From positions 1 to 50,923 of IMG/VR virus record IMGVR_UViG_3300023181_000011: a DNA stretch of 50,923 nt; one strand, 5' to 3'. This document shows, in pieces, positions 43,186 through 50,923 of this stretch (the stretch's first letter is position 1; the number at the start of each line of letters is the position of its first letter). The notes under the pieces were generated by a model. It was not told the DNA's origin, did not search any database, and saw nothing but the letters and a program-made list of their open reading frames with translations. This DNA comes from a virus. Lineage: Duplodnaviria > Caudoviricetes. A program made the position numbers and the translations under genes.

Positions 43186-44472
43186 TTAAAACTCTTCTGG
43201 ATGGTTAGCCCGGCGACGGGCAAGACGAGCGCGGGCCTCAGCAGCTAGTTGCTCATGACGACGAGCATTAGGCGCAGGTTGTGGGGCAGGGGGGAAGGGT
43301 TGTGGCGCCGGCATGTTCCAACGAGCCGGTGCAGCGATGTTAATCATTTCACCGTTACGGCGAACGCCAGCTTCTTGCAAGGGGTGCATGAACTGAGCCC
43401 AGTTGACTTGGTCCATAGCCGGGTTTGGCACTGCACGTTCAACTAGACGGTTTGCGTTAATAATGGCATCAATGTCAACACCTCGTGGGTCCCACTCCTC
43501 GTCAACAATCACTTGGGCTTCACGCCCAGTCAGCTTTTTTTCTTTGACAACCTTAGGTGCAGGCCAGTCAGAGCGGGCAAAGGCGACGTGTTGTGCAAGC
43601 CGCATGCCTTCCCACATCTGACGGTCAAAGCCTTTGCTGAACTCAACGAACGACGGGGCCAGTTCACCGAAGACGTCAGCTGTGAACGACTCCAAACCCA
43701 TCGAACTGAACGCCTGAACGACAGCGGACGGCGACTTGTAGCGGACAGCAGCCAGCTTGAGGCTGTGGATGACGTTGACCCAAGCCGTGATCTCGGCCTT
43801 GTCCATCGTGCCGCGGTGAGACCTGAACTCGACGGTTCCCTTAGACGGCAGGGACGCCCAGTTGAACGAGGCGTAACGGCGATCATTCGACACAAGGTTT
43901 TGCATCGAGTGAGCCCAGTTAGCCCGTCCGCCGCCAAGCCGCTGCTCTTGTTCAGCAACAGGGACGTTGTAGCAGGCATTGCGGGCAGCGTCGATCACAG
44001 CACCGGCATGAGACACCGGAAGACAGTGAACGTTGCCGCACCGCTCTTCGCCGCCAAAGGCGATCATTGGGGCTTCGAAGATCGTGTAAAGCGTGAACAG
44101 AGTGAAGATGTTGGTGAATGATAGACCGAAAGCGTTCATGTGAACGTGAACAGACGTCCGATAGCTGAAGACCGGCGTGAACTCTTTCTTGGTCAGATAG
44201 GCTTGGAGAGCATCCAGATCATCAGAAAGGCTACTATAGGGACGCCCACCACGACTGATAAACTCAATGCCATCACGAAGCGATCCATCTGCGACAGCTT
44301 GCCAAGGAAGGCTGTTCGGCGGCCTGAAGCCTTCGTGATCAGGCCCCAGCCCTTCCATTTCGATCTCAATACCATACGAGTCAGGATCGACTGGACCACT
44401 GACCCCGGTACCCTTGAAATAGTAGTCTCCGACGGACGTTGCCAGAAACTCTTGTTGTTGTTTGTCAACCAC
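43186..44472 (-). CDS. Putative amidoligase (glutamine synthetase/COOH-NH2 ligase fold); probable GTG start at 44472
   Basis: GIEIE, DGSLR.G.EF, RTSVHVH, RY...N, GTVEFR. Confidence 0.88.
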   Translation of the reverse strand: MVDKQQQEFLATSVGDYYFKGTGVSGPVDPDSYGIEIEMEGLGPDHEGFRPPNSLPWQAVADGSLRDGIEFISRGGRPYSSLSDDLDALQAYLTKKEFTPVFSYRTSVHVHMNAFGLSFTNIFTLFTLYTIFEAPMIAFGGEERCGNVHCLPVSHAGAVIDAARNACYNVPVAEQEQRLGGGRANWAHSMQNLVSNDRRYASFNWASLPSKGTVEFRSHRGTMDKAEITAWVNVIHSLKLAAVRYKSPSAVVQAFSSMGLESFTADVFGELAPSFVEFSKGFDRQMWEGMRLAQHVAFARSDWPAPKVVKEKKLTGREAQVIVDEEWDPRGVDIDAIINANRLVERAVPNPAMDQVNWAQFMHPLQEAGVRRNGEMINIAAPARWNMPAPQPFPPAPQPAPNARRHEQLAAEARARLARRRANHPEEF

Positions 44473-44476
44473 GGTG

Positions 44477-45130
44477 TTACGCCGCCTCGCAGATAAAAGG
44501 GATACCCTCTTCAGCAAGCACCTCCTTGAGGTATAGGTACTCGTCGTCGAGAGTGAAGTTTTCGAAGTTTTTGCCAATCGCCAAGCCCACAGGGGTCCCG
44601 CGATAGAACAGTTTGAACAGAGACTTGATCTTCATGTCACGGCCAACAGCGAACTGACTGCTGACACCAACCGAAATCCAGCCCTTGTTGTGAATCATAT
44701 CGAACGCTTCCTTGGGCGTCGGATACTTTTGCAACAACATGTCTTCAAGGGCTTGACCGTTCAGCGCTTGATTGCTGACGCGGTTACCGCTTGCTGAAAA
44801 CAGAGCACGGGTTTGAAGACCCTGAATCTGTTGACGAGCAGTGTTACGGACCATGAAGTCGGCCGTCAGACGGTACGGGTCGTTGATGTACCCGACGTGG
44901 AAGATGCGGAAGTTCAGCGCCGGGTCACCGATGGGGATCGACAACTTCTTGGCGTCAGTAATCTCATGACCTGTGTCACCGATCAGTGGGTACACAGACA
45001 CGTCAACCAGCATCGGCTTGGTCTTCGTGGCTTCACGCACCTCGCGCACAAGCACAGCCTTGTCTTCGAACGTCAGGATGGACCCACGTAGCCGCATCCG
45101 GGCCTGTTCAAGGGTGTCATAGACCAGCAT
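44477..45130 (-). CDS. Conserved hypothetical protein of the amidoligase cluster
   Basis: GY.N, R...RQ..QGL, YP, L.Y+G..VG pattern. Confidence 0.8.
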   Translation of the reverse strand: MLVYDTLEQARMRLRGSILTFEDKAVLVREVREATKTKPMLVDVSVYPLIGDTGHEITDAKKLSIPIGDPALNFRIFHVGYINDPYRLTADFMVRNTARQQIQGLQTRALFSASGNRVSNQALNGQALEDMLLQKYPTPKEAFDMIHNKGWISVGVSSQFAVGRDMKIKSLFKLFYRGTPVGLAIGKNFENFTLDDEYLYLKEVLAEEGIPFICEAA

Positions 45131-45325
45131 TATTCTAAATAATCTCCATGTTGATCGCGTTCTTGCAATGTAAATTCTCTGACGTCTCTAAGATCAATCT
45201 CGTCTTCAAGATGACAAAAAGCATTCCAAACACTGTCAAATCTTTTACAGCGTGAAGAACCTTTTTTATAAAAGACTGTCAGAAAATAGTAAGGTTTAAG
45301 CGGCCTGCTGGAACGGGATGGCAAG
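45130..45325 (-). CDS. Small AT-rich hypothetical protein (...KPYYFLTVF...); start uncertain
   Basis: Open frame fills the gap and is TAATG-coupled to the next gene; nearest canonical start is a TTG. Confidence 0.45.
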
Positions 45326-46123
45326 GTCAGTCTCAAAGTCGAACTTGTCGAACCAACGAACGTCATTGGTGTCGATGATCTGCTTGGCCGTGTCGCCGAA
45401 GATGTCAGCCGGAACGATGCCCTTGAAGTAGTCATTGGCACCCTTCATGGCCGCATCGAAGACCCATGCCTGAAGCTCAGGGTTGGCCAGCCATGCCGTC
45501 GAAGGCGTCCGATACTCCATGCCGTAAGGCTTGGCCCGGAAGGCACCAGCACCACCGTACATCGAACGACGACGGTTGTCGGGGTCCCAGATCAGGCTGT
45601 AGATGCCGATGTAGTAGTCCATCTGGACCGCCATGGCCCGGCACAGGTTGAAGTGTTCCTTGTCACCGTACGGGTTCTTGACGTCAGCACCCCAGCCGAT
45701 GTGGATGTGACCAGCAGCGGTCCGGAACGTTTGGAGACCGTTGGGGCGCGGGTTGGCCTCACCGGTGTACGCATTGTAGTCCGGGTCACAGCCCAGTTCG
45801 AGCGACTCACCCGGCTGCATGCCGAGGTACTCAGGGTCGAACTCCATGAACGGGACGCCGTGGGCAATCTCGAAGATGGGCGGCAGTTGGTCAACCAGAT
45901 CGTCCATGACGGACTTGATGTTGGCCATGAACTCGGTACGGGTCCGGCTCGGGTTGATGTTGATCTCGGCAGCCAAGCCGTCGACTTGAATGGCACCGCC
46001 GCTGACAGCGAACGGATTCTTCTTGTCGCCCGGGATCAGGCCGTGACAGGAGACGGGGGACCCAGTGATAGATTCCCGCAGGAACATTTCAGGGTCGGCA
46101 CCGATGGTAATGATGGGTTGCAT
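45296..46123 (-). CDS. phiEco32-like COOH-NH2 ligase type 2
   Basis: IGADPE.F, DG.A.E.N, GCDPD.NAY, R.A.GHIH.G, RR..YG.AG.FR.K.YG.EYR. Confidence 0.92.
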   Translation of the reverse strand: MQPIITIGADPEMFLRESITGSPVSCHGLIPGDKKNPFAVSGGAIQVDGLAAEININPSRTRTEFMANIKSVMDDLVDQLPPIFEIAHGVPFMEFDPEYLGMQPGESLELGCDPDYNAYTGEANPRPNGLQTFRTAAGHIHIGWGADVKNPYGDKEHFNLCRAMAVQMDYYIGIYSLIWDPDNRRRSMYGGAGAFRAKPYGMEYRTPSTAWLANPELQAWVFDAAMKGANDYFKGIVPADIFGDTAKQIIDTNDVRWFDKFDFETDLAIPFQQAA

Positions 46124-46127
46124 TCGC

Positions 46128-47606
46128 TTATGCTTTCGCTTGTTGTTGAAGGTTTGGATCGTTCAGGCACTCAGCACACACAAAGACTTTCTTTGTGTCC
46201 TTAGACGACAGGAGCCTGAACTCACCCTTGTCGTCACCAGTAATGTTACACTCGCCCCAGCCGCACTTGTGGCCAGTCAGTTGCCTGAACTTGGCCTTTG
46301 TGATCTTCTTTCCGTCAGGGCCTTCACGAGTGTCGAAAAGAGACGAGCGCTTAGACTCAGCTACTTGCTTTTTTTTAAAGTCGCCGACAAGGATGACATT
46401 GTTAGCAGCCACCTTGGCCCGGAGTTCAGCGTCGGTGTCACCGAGCAGGAACGGAAGCTCGCTGTCGATCTTGTTGGTAACTTCAGCGGGTGCGTTGTCG
46501 TCTTCAGTCTTCGACCCCTTACCCATCTTTCCGTATTCCCAGCCCTCTTGGTACTGAGACCACTTCGGATAGTCTACTTGGTAGTGGAAGGGGTTGTTGT
46601 AAGTCTGACCCTTTGCGGCGTTCTCCCCGTCAGAAAAGCCCAGAGCCCAGACATCCCACTTGACGTCTTCGAACTCGGCACTTCGCATGTCGTGGATGTC
46701 GGAGGGCTGGTATCCTTGGTGGTCTCCATCACGCAGGCTGGTTGCGGCTGCGCTTGAGGCTGGACTTGAGTTGTTTCCGCCATTGGCGGTTTGTGATGCC
46801 CTTTGGTCTCGTTGGTTGACCCAGTCTTCCCAAGTTGCTCGGCCGTTGTACGGGGGACGGTGAGGCTGGTGTACGGGAAAATTTTGGACACTTTTACCCT
46901 TGACTTCGAGTCGTTGGGGCTTCTCTTGGAAGACGTGCTTGCTGTCCGGGATTTCCCAAGTGAACAGTGTGTCGACAGGAAGTTCGTAAATCTTCTTGTT
47001 GAAGTCAACACCGTTGCGGTCAAGAATCCAACGCAGCATGCCCGGCTCGGATGCCCAGTAAAGGGTATCACAGTCGGCGGCCATGGCGTAGAACAGTGGC
47101 CGTTCCTTGTTACGCACGATGCTGATCGTGTTTTCTTCGTGGTCGTACACGGTCAGAGCCCATGCACCTGCCGCGAGGGCCACAGCGTCCTTGACAGACG
47201 ACAGCTCGTGGATGCTGTTGGCAAGCTGTTCACTGTCAGTGTCGCCTTCAGTGTTCTTGGCCATGTCCCGCAGACAGCCGTAGTCCAAGGTGCCGTTGTG
47301 GGCCACCATGTACCGGCCAGTCCAGAACGGGTGAGCGTTGACGACATTGACCTTGCCGCGAGTTGCGGCGCGGTTGTGGCCCATCAAGACCTTGGCCCCC
47401 GTAACCAGAAGCGCATCGCAACGCTTCATTTGCATGAGGTTTTCAGGACTGATGGGGGACTTCAGCAGACGGACTTCCTTGCCGTGTGTGATAGACCCGA
47501 TGCCTGTGCTGTCCACGCCGCGAAGGTAGTCAGCGTGAAGAAGTTGTTTGAAGACGTTAACGTCACGGGCAATCAGATTACCGGCAACTCCTACTAGACC
47601 GCAGAT
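46128..47606 (-). CDS. Class II (Ntn) glutamine amidotransferase with C-terminal extension; ATC start
   Basis: (M)CGLVG...RG.DSTG, GH.RAAT.G, NAHPF, HNGT, TDSE; AGGAG 8 nt before ATC-TGC-GGT. Confidence 0.9.
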   Translation of the reverse strand: MCGLVGVAGNLIARDVNVFKQLLHADYLRGVDSTGIGSITHGKEVRLLKSPISPENLMQMKRCDALLVTGAKVLMGHNRAATRGKVNVVNAHPFWTGRYMVAHNGTLDYGCLRDMAKNTEGDTDSEQLANSIHELSSVKDAVALAAGAWALTVYDHEENTISIVRNKERPLFYAMAADCDTLYWASEPGMLRWILDRNGVDFNKKIYELPVDTLFTWEIPDSKHVFQEKPQRLEVKGKSVQNFPVHQPHRPPYNGRATWEDWVNQRDQRASQTANGGNNSSPASSAAATSLRDGDHQGYQPSDIHDMRSAEFEDVKWDVWALGFSDGENAAKGQTYNNPFHYQVDYPKWSQYQEGWEYGKMGKGSKTEDDNAPAEVTNKIDSELPFLLGDTDAELRAKVAANNVILVGDFKKKQVAESKRSSLFDTREGPDGKKITKAKFRQLTGHKCGWGECNITGDDKGEFRLLSSKDTKKVFVCAECLNDPNLQQQAKA

Positions 47607-48280
47607 GGTGCACTCTCCTGTGCTGTTTTGTCGACGTCGAAGTCGAACAGTTCATTGAAGACGGACCAAAAGTATTCGGCCGTACCTGTTTTCCCCGGGT
47701 ATTCGGGGTGTGGTTGGAAGCATAGGCACTGAGTGTCCTGATACCAGACCACTTCAGCGTCAACGTCGCCGATGTTGGGGACCTGTGTGACACCGGCAGC
47801 GTGCTTGGTGGTGCACAGAGACGTCCGTTCACCCTTACCAGCGATGGCGATGAGGTTGCCAAGCTTGAGGTTAGGGATCATCTGCTGATGGTGGGTGGAC
47901 GTGACAAGGGCTTGAGTACCGTTGCGCAGGTCCGTCAACCAGTGGTTGGTAGTGTGATGGTTCACATCTTGCCACAACTTACCGCCATTTAAGACGTTAA
48001 GCAGTTGAGCACCCCGGCAGATGCCAAGCATAGGGATGCCGAAGTTCTTGGCCGCCTTGAACAGCTCGACTTCAGCTTCGTCACGCCTCGTGTTGATCCC
48101 GTATGCCCCGGCGATTGGCTCACCGTACAGCTTGGGGTCAATGTCAGCACCACCTGTGAACACCACGATGTCAGCCATCATGAGGTCACGAGTGCCGCGC
48201 CACCCGGCGTCAAGGAACATACCCGCCACGAGGCTATCGAAGCCCCCGGCGATGTACACCTGATTGGCTTTACTGTCCAT
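47594..48280 (-). CDS. Class I GATase / peptidase C26 (gamma-glutamyl hydrolase family)
   Basis: GGADI.P..Y, RD..E, GICRGAQ, S.HHQ, Q.HPE. Confidence 0.92.
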   Translation of the reverse strand: MDSKANQVYIAGGFDSLVAGMFLDAGWRGTRDLMMADIVVFTGGADIDPKLYGEPIAGAYGINTRRDEAEVELFKAAKNFGIPMLGICRGAQLLNVLNGGKLWQDVNHHTTNHWLTDLRNGTQALVTSTHHQQMIPNLKLGNLIAIAGKGERTSLCTTKHAAGVTQVPNIGDVDAEVVWYQDTQCLCFQPHPEYPGKTGTAEYFWSVFNELFDFDVDKTAQESAPSAV

Positions 48281-49397
48281 TGGCGAACCGGGCCATGCCT
48301 TCGATGTCGGCGGCGGTCAGCGTACGCTCGTACAAGTACAGGGTGGACGAACCGGGGTGATTCGTATTACCTGTCCGAAGCGTCTCGGTGAACCCGGCAG
48401 CTGCCAGATTCTTCGGTGTCTGAACGCCATGCCCGTTTCGTTGGCTGTTGTTGAGGATGAACACAACAACGTCACCAACTTCCCAGCTTCCAAGGAACTT
48501 GACATTCTTCGAAGCATCGTTGTAGATGTTGTAACCCGGGAGTTGCTTACCGGGTGCCATCGTCTTCCACAGCTTCAAGCCAAGCCCGGGGCCACAGTCC
48601 ATACCGGTGAGGATATGATAGTTCGCACCGGACGACTTGCTGTCCATGTACGCCTTGTATTGTGTGGCGTAGTGGCCCGCGTACTTGACAACAGCATCGA
48701 AGTCAACGACAGCAGCCGCTTCGAAGTGATCGTCCTTGGCCTTCGACACAGGGGCGCGGTCTTGACGAACCCACAGGCCAGCGGGTGTACGCTTGGAGTT
48801 GGGGAACTTCTCGGCCGAGATACAGATGCCCGGGGACTTGTAGTCCTTGACCGTTGCGCCGCCACGAGTCTGTCCACCCTTCTTGATAAAGGCCTGAAGG
48901 CTGTACGTGCTTTCGGCAGCAGCCCGATAGTCCTTGACGTATCGTTGCCATTGACCAATGTAATACGTATCAGTCGTACCCTTGATCTTGGATTCGTAGT
49001 TTTCAGCCGACCGAATGTACGTATGGTACTGCTGGTAATCGTACGAGCATTCCCATTCGGCCTGCCACTCGGCTTCGGTCTTCTTACCACCATTGGTGGC
49101 CTTCTGAGGCTGAAGGATCGACGCACCACAGCAGCTGGGGAAACCAACGGCCTTGAAGCCCGGCTCCCAGTCAGAAACCTGTGCCTCGTCGATGATGTCC
49201 TTCACCGCTTCGACGGCCTTGCGTGTCGTGTCCTTAACAGCTTCGACAGCTGCCTTGGCAACGGTCTTGACCGCACCAACGATGTTCGGATTGTCAGGCT
49301 TAACCCAGCGCCACACAGTGTTCCCCTTCAGGGTTTTGATTTGAGCCCTCACGAGGCCTTTGGCGGCCATCGCTTTGGCCAGTTCGGTGTCTTCCAT
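48270..49397 (-). CDS. Hypothetical protein, FPxCCG family (long form)
   Basis: Codon bias, AAGGA RBS; paralogous to 50354..50716. Confidence 0.8.
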   Translation of the reverse strand: MEDTELAKAMAAKGLVRAQIKTLKGNTVWRWVKPDNPNIVGAVKTVAKAAVEAVKDTTRKAVEAVKDIIDEAQVSDWEPGFKAVGFPSCCGASILQPQKATNGGKKTEAEWQAEWECSYDYQQYHTYIRSAENYESKIKGTTDTYYIGQWQRYVKDYRAAAESTYSLQAFIKKGGQTRGGATVKDYKSPGICISAEKFPNSKRTPAGLWVRQDRAPVSKAKDDHFEAAAVVDFDAVVKYAGHYATQYKAYMDSKSSGANYHILTGMDCGPGLGLKLWKTMAPGKQLPGYNIYNDASKNVKFLGSWEVGDVVVFILNNSQRNGHGVQTPKNLAAAGFTETLRTGNTNHPGSSTLYLYERTLTAADIEGMARFANGQ

Positions 49398-49753
49398 TAG
49401 GCTGCTTCCTTGTTAAACCAGTCGCCCGATGCGATAGGTTGTTTGTTGATGTCGGCATGATAGATGTACACCTGCACACCGCTGAAGCCACCAACGGACA
49501 CAGTTTCCCGTGTGTACAGGGACGGCACGCCTTCGTACGCATCCAACTCTGCCCACTGGCTGTCTTCGACGTCGAACAGATCACCGACGACGTAACCAGC
49601 ACCGGGACGAATGCCGGGGTACCAGCCAAGGTCGAACAGTTGGTGGCCCATCAGCTTAACATTGCTGACACAGGGTGCCTTGCCGTCGAGGCCGAAGCGA
49701 GCACTGTTGGGGTGACCGGCGCGCAGGGTTCCGTAAACGAAAAGCTTCTTCAC
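49397..49753 (-). CDS. Gamma-glutamylcyclotransferase (AIG2-like)
   Basis: LFVYGTLR.G..N, G.YP, V.G, LD.YEG.P.LY.R; GTG start. Confidence 0.92.
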   Translation of the reverse strand: MKKLFVYGTLRAGHPNSARFGLDGKAPCVSNVKLMGHQLFDLGWYPGIRPGAGYVVGDLFDVEDSQWAELDAYEGVPSLYTRETVSVGGFSGVQVYIYHADINKQPIASGDWFNKEAA

Positions 49754-50085
49754 AGCCACTTCCTTTGCTTGTCCATGTCCCAAACAATGCGATCCACGGC
49801 CGTTCGTGTCGCAGAGGAGTCAAGCAGAACAGTTTTACCGTCAATGAACACGATGGTCACGACGCCTTGACGCATGGGGTGCGTGTACTGGTCACCCGCC
49901 TTGGGCTCACGGGGTGCACGCTTGGTGACAGTGGCGGCCCGTGCCGACAACGCATTCGAGGAAAGGTTTAAACCTTCTACGATGCCCGCCTTGAAATAGT
50001 GAGAGCCCCTGTCATCCGAGGTCTTGGTATAGACCACAGTAACTTCGTCACCCACCTTCAGTGAATTGAAATCGGTGTCATTCAT
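49750..50085 (-). CDS. Early hypothetical protein with two small beta domains
   Basis: ATGA/GTGA overlaps; LKVGDEV and PKAGDQY motifs. Confidence 0.75.
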   Translation of the reverse strand: MNDTDFNSLKVGDEVTVVYTKTSDDRGSHYFKAGIVEGLNLSSNALSARAATVTKRAPREPKAGDQYTHPMRQGVVTIVFIDGKTVLLDSSATRTAVDRIVWDMDKQRKWL

Positions 50086-50357
50086 AGCTTGATGTCACAT
50101 CCATGTTTCTTCCCGAGCTTACGCATCAGGGTGAACGGTGCGGCGATAATTGCGACGAACAAAAGGAACGGGCCTATCATCGGCCAGAACACAACACCTG
50201 CACCGATCTCAACGTGCTTCTTTTGGAAGTAGTAGGCCGCCAATGAAGTGGTGTTCTTTTCCAAGCAGCCCAGCTTGTACTGGTACCACAGAAAATAAAG
50301 GATGATAGGTGTTAGGTAAATGCCCAACACAATCAAAGTTATTTGAAAGGCGTTCAT
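50082..50357 (-). CDS. Membrane protein (2 TM), start MNAFQ
   Basis: GGAGG RBS region, ATGA overlap, hydrophobic segments. Confidence 0.75.
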   Translation of the reverse strand: MNAFQITLIVLGIYLTPIILYFLWYQYKLGCLEKNTTSLAAYYFQKKHVEIGAGVVFWPMIGPFLLFVAIIAAPFTLMRKLGKKHGCDIKL

Positions 50358-50716
50358 TCGTCGTCTCGTGCCTCCGCTATGACCTTCCGGTACAAAAAGC
50401 ACTCGGAATAGTCGGTTGAATGAAGATTGTTGCACTTGCCCGCCCGACGCCAGCCCAAGCGCCTGAAGATGGGCGCCATGAAGGCCTTCTGCGGAATGTT
50501 CACAGCGGCCAGCAGCATGCCCACAGGGCGTCCGTCGATGGCGTTCATGAGGCCGCCACCAGCCCGAGCGTCCGTTGCTGCTTGAACGAGGTAGGCTTCG
50601 ATCTCGGCAAGCGTCGGTGCCCCGTCACGCCGATCACGGTGGGCATGGCGGGGGTCATTGCCGAAGCTGTGGATGATGGCGATGCCGCAGCATAGGGGGA
50701 ACTGAACGAGCCTCAA
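50354..50716 (-). CDS. Hypothetical protein, FPxCCG family (short form)
   Basis: TTGA overlap with the upstream stop; paralogous to 48270..49397. Confidence 0.75.
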   Translation of the reverse strand: MRLVQFPLCCGIAIIHSFGNDPRHAHRDRRDGAPTLAEIEAYLVQAATDARAGGGLMNAIDGRPVGMLLAAVNIPQKAFMAPIFRRLGWRRAGKCNNLHSTDYSECFLYRKVIAEARDDE

Positions 50717-50923
50717 GACGTCACCTTAGAAATGTGACTTTGTTTGAAAAAAGAAAGGGAGTACATACCAGCCTTAGGGTAGGCGTTGGTTATACGACAA
50801 AACGCTTGATCTTCCTCGATCATTAGGATTTCAAACGTTGCCTGCTTTTCACTGCCGTGGGTGTTGTTGTAGTACTTATCACCAACTTGAGGCTGTTGCA
50901 ACTTCTTGATCTCGGCCTTTGCG
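50713..50923 (-). CDS. C-terminal part of the ORF that starts at 393
   Basis: In frame across the terminal overlap. Confidence 0.85.
   Translation of the reverse strand, partial: AKAEIKKLQQPQVGDKYYNNTHGSEKQATFEILMIEEDQAFCRITNAYPKAGMYSLSFFKQSHISKVTS
50797..50923. repeat. Terminal 127-bp direct repeat (copy 2)
   Basis: Identical to 1-127. Confidence 0.95.

Noticed and set aside
48264-49400. 378-aa + strand ORF and other long antisense ORFs (e.g. 10355..11206, 12233..12946, 46803..47597)
   Set aside because: Shadow frames of strongly codon-biased genes, with no RBS or recognisable motifs
50797-50923. 127-bp terminal repeat as a biological DTR
   Set aside because: Length equals a common assembler k-mer, it lies mid-CDS and the ORF reads through it; the real ends are more likely near 4.6-5.0 kb

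Overview
The window is an apparently complete ~50.8 kb lytic podovirus genome. Bases 1-127 are identical to 50797-50923, which looks like an assembly overlap, and one ORF reads in frame across that join. There are two convergent arms that meet at a bidirectional terminator (~29.7 kb). The + strand arm (5260-29650) carries terminase, portal, scaffold, capsid, tail tubes, internal virion proteins, fibres, holin and endolysin. The - strand arm (4332->1, continuing 50796->29759) carries small early genes, tRNA-Leu(UAA), a phiEco32-type amidoligase/GATase/ATP-grasp cluster, ThyX, T7-like primase-helicase, PolA, SSB, nucleases, class II RNR and spanins. No RNA polymerase or integrase is visible, and the promoters are consensus sigma70. 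This architecture resembles Zobellviridae (SIO1/VpV262/cobavirus-like); that is an inference, not a database result. Most notable unexplained signals: (1) a ~400-nt multi-hairpin, doubly pseudoknotted non-coding element in the early region; (2) six co-oriented copies of an 11-mer whose density falls with distance from the probable genome end; (3) ATC initiation codons, effectively required for the Ntn-GATase; (4) a 12-nt perfect anti-16S 'super Shine-Dalgarno' with an ATC-TCG-TAG mini-ORF at the end of the late transcript; (5) tandem antisense promoters and a pseudoknotted SSB leader; (6) two FPxCCG paralogues attached to the amidoligase cluster. All protein calls come from motif recognition by eye, and all RNA pairings were found by eye.
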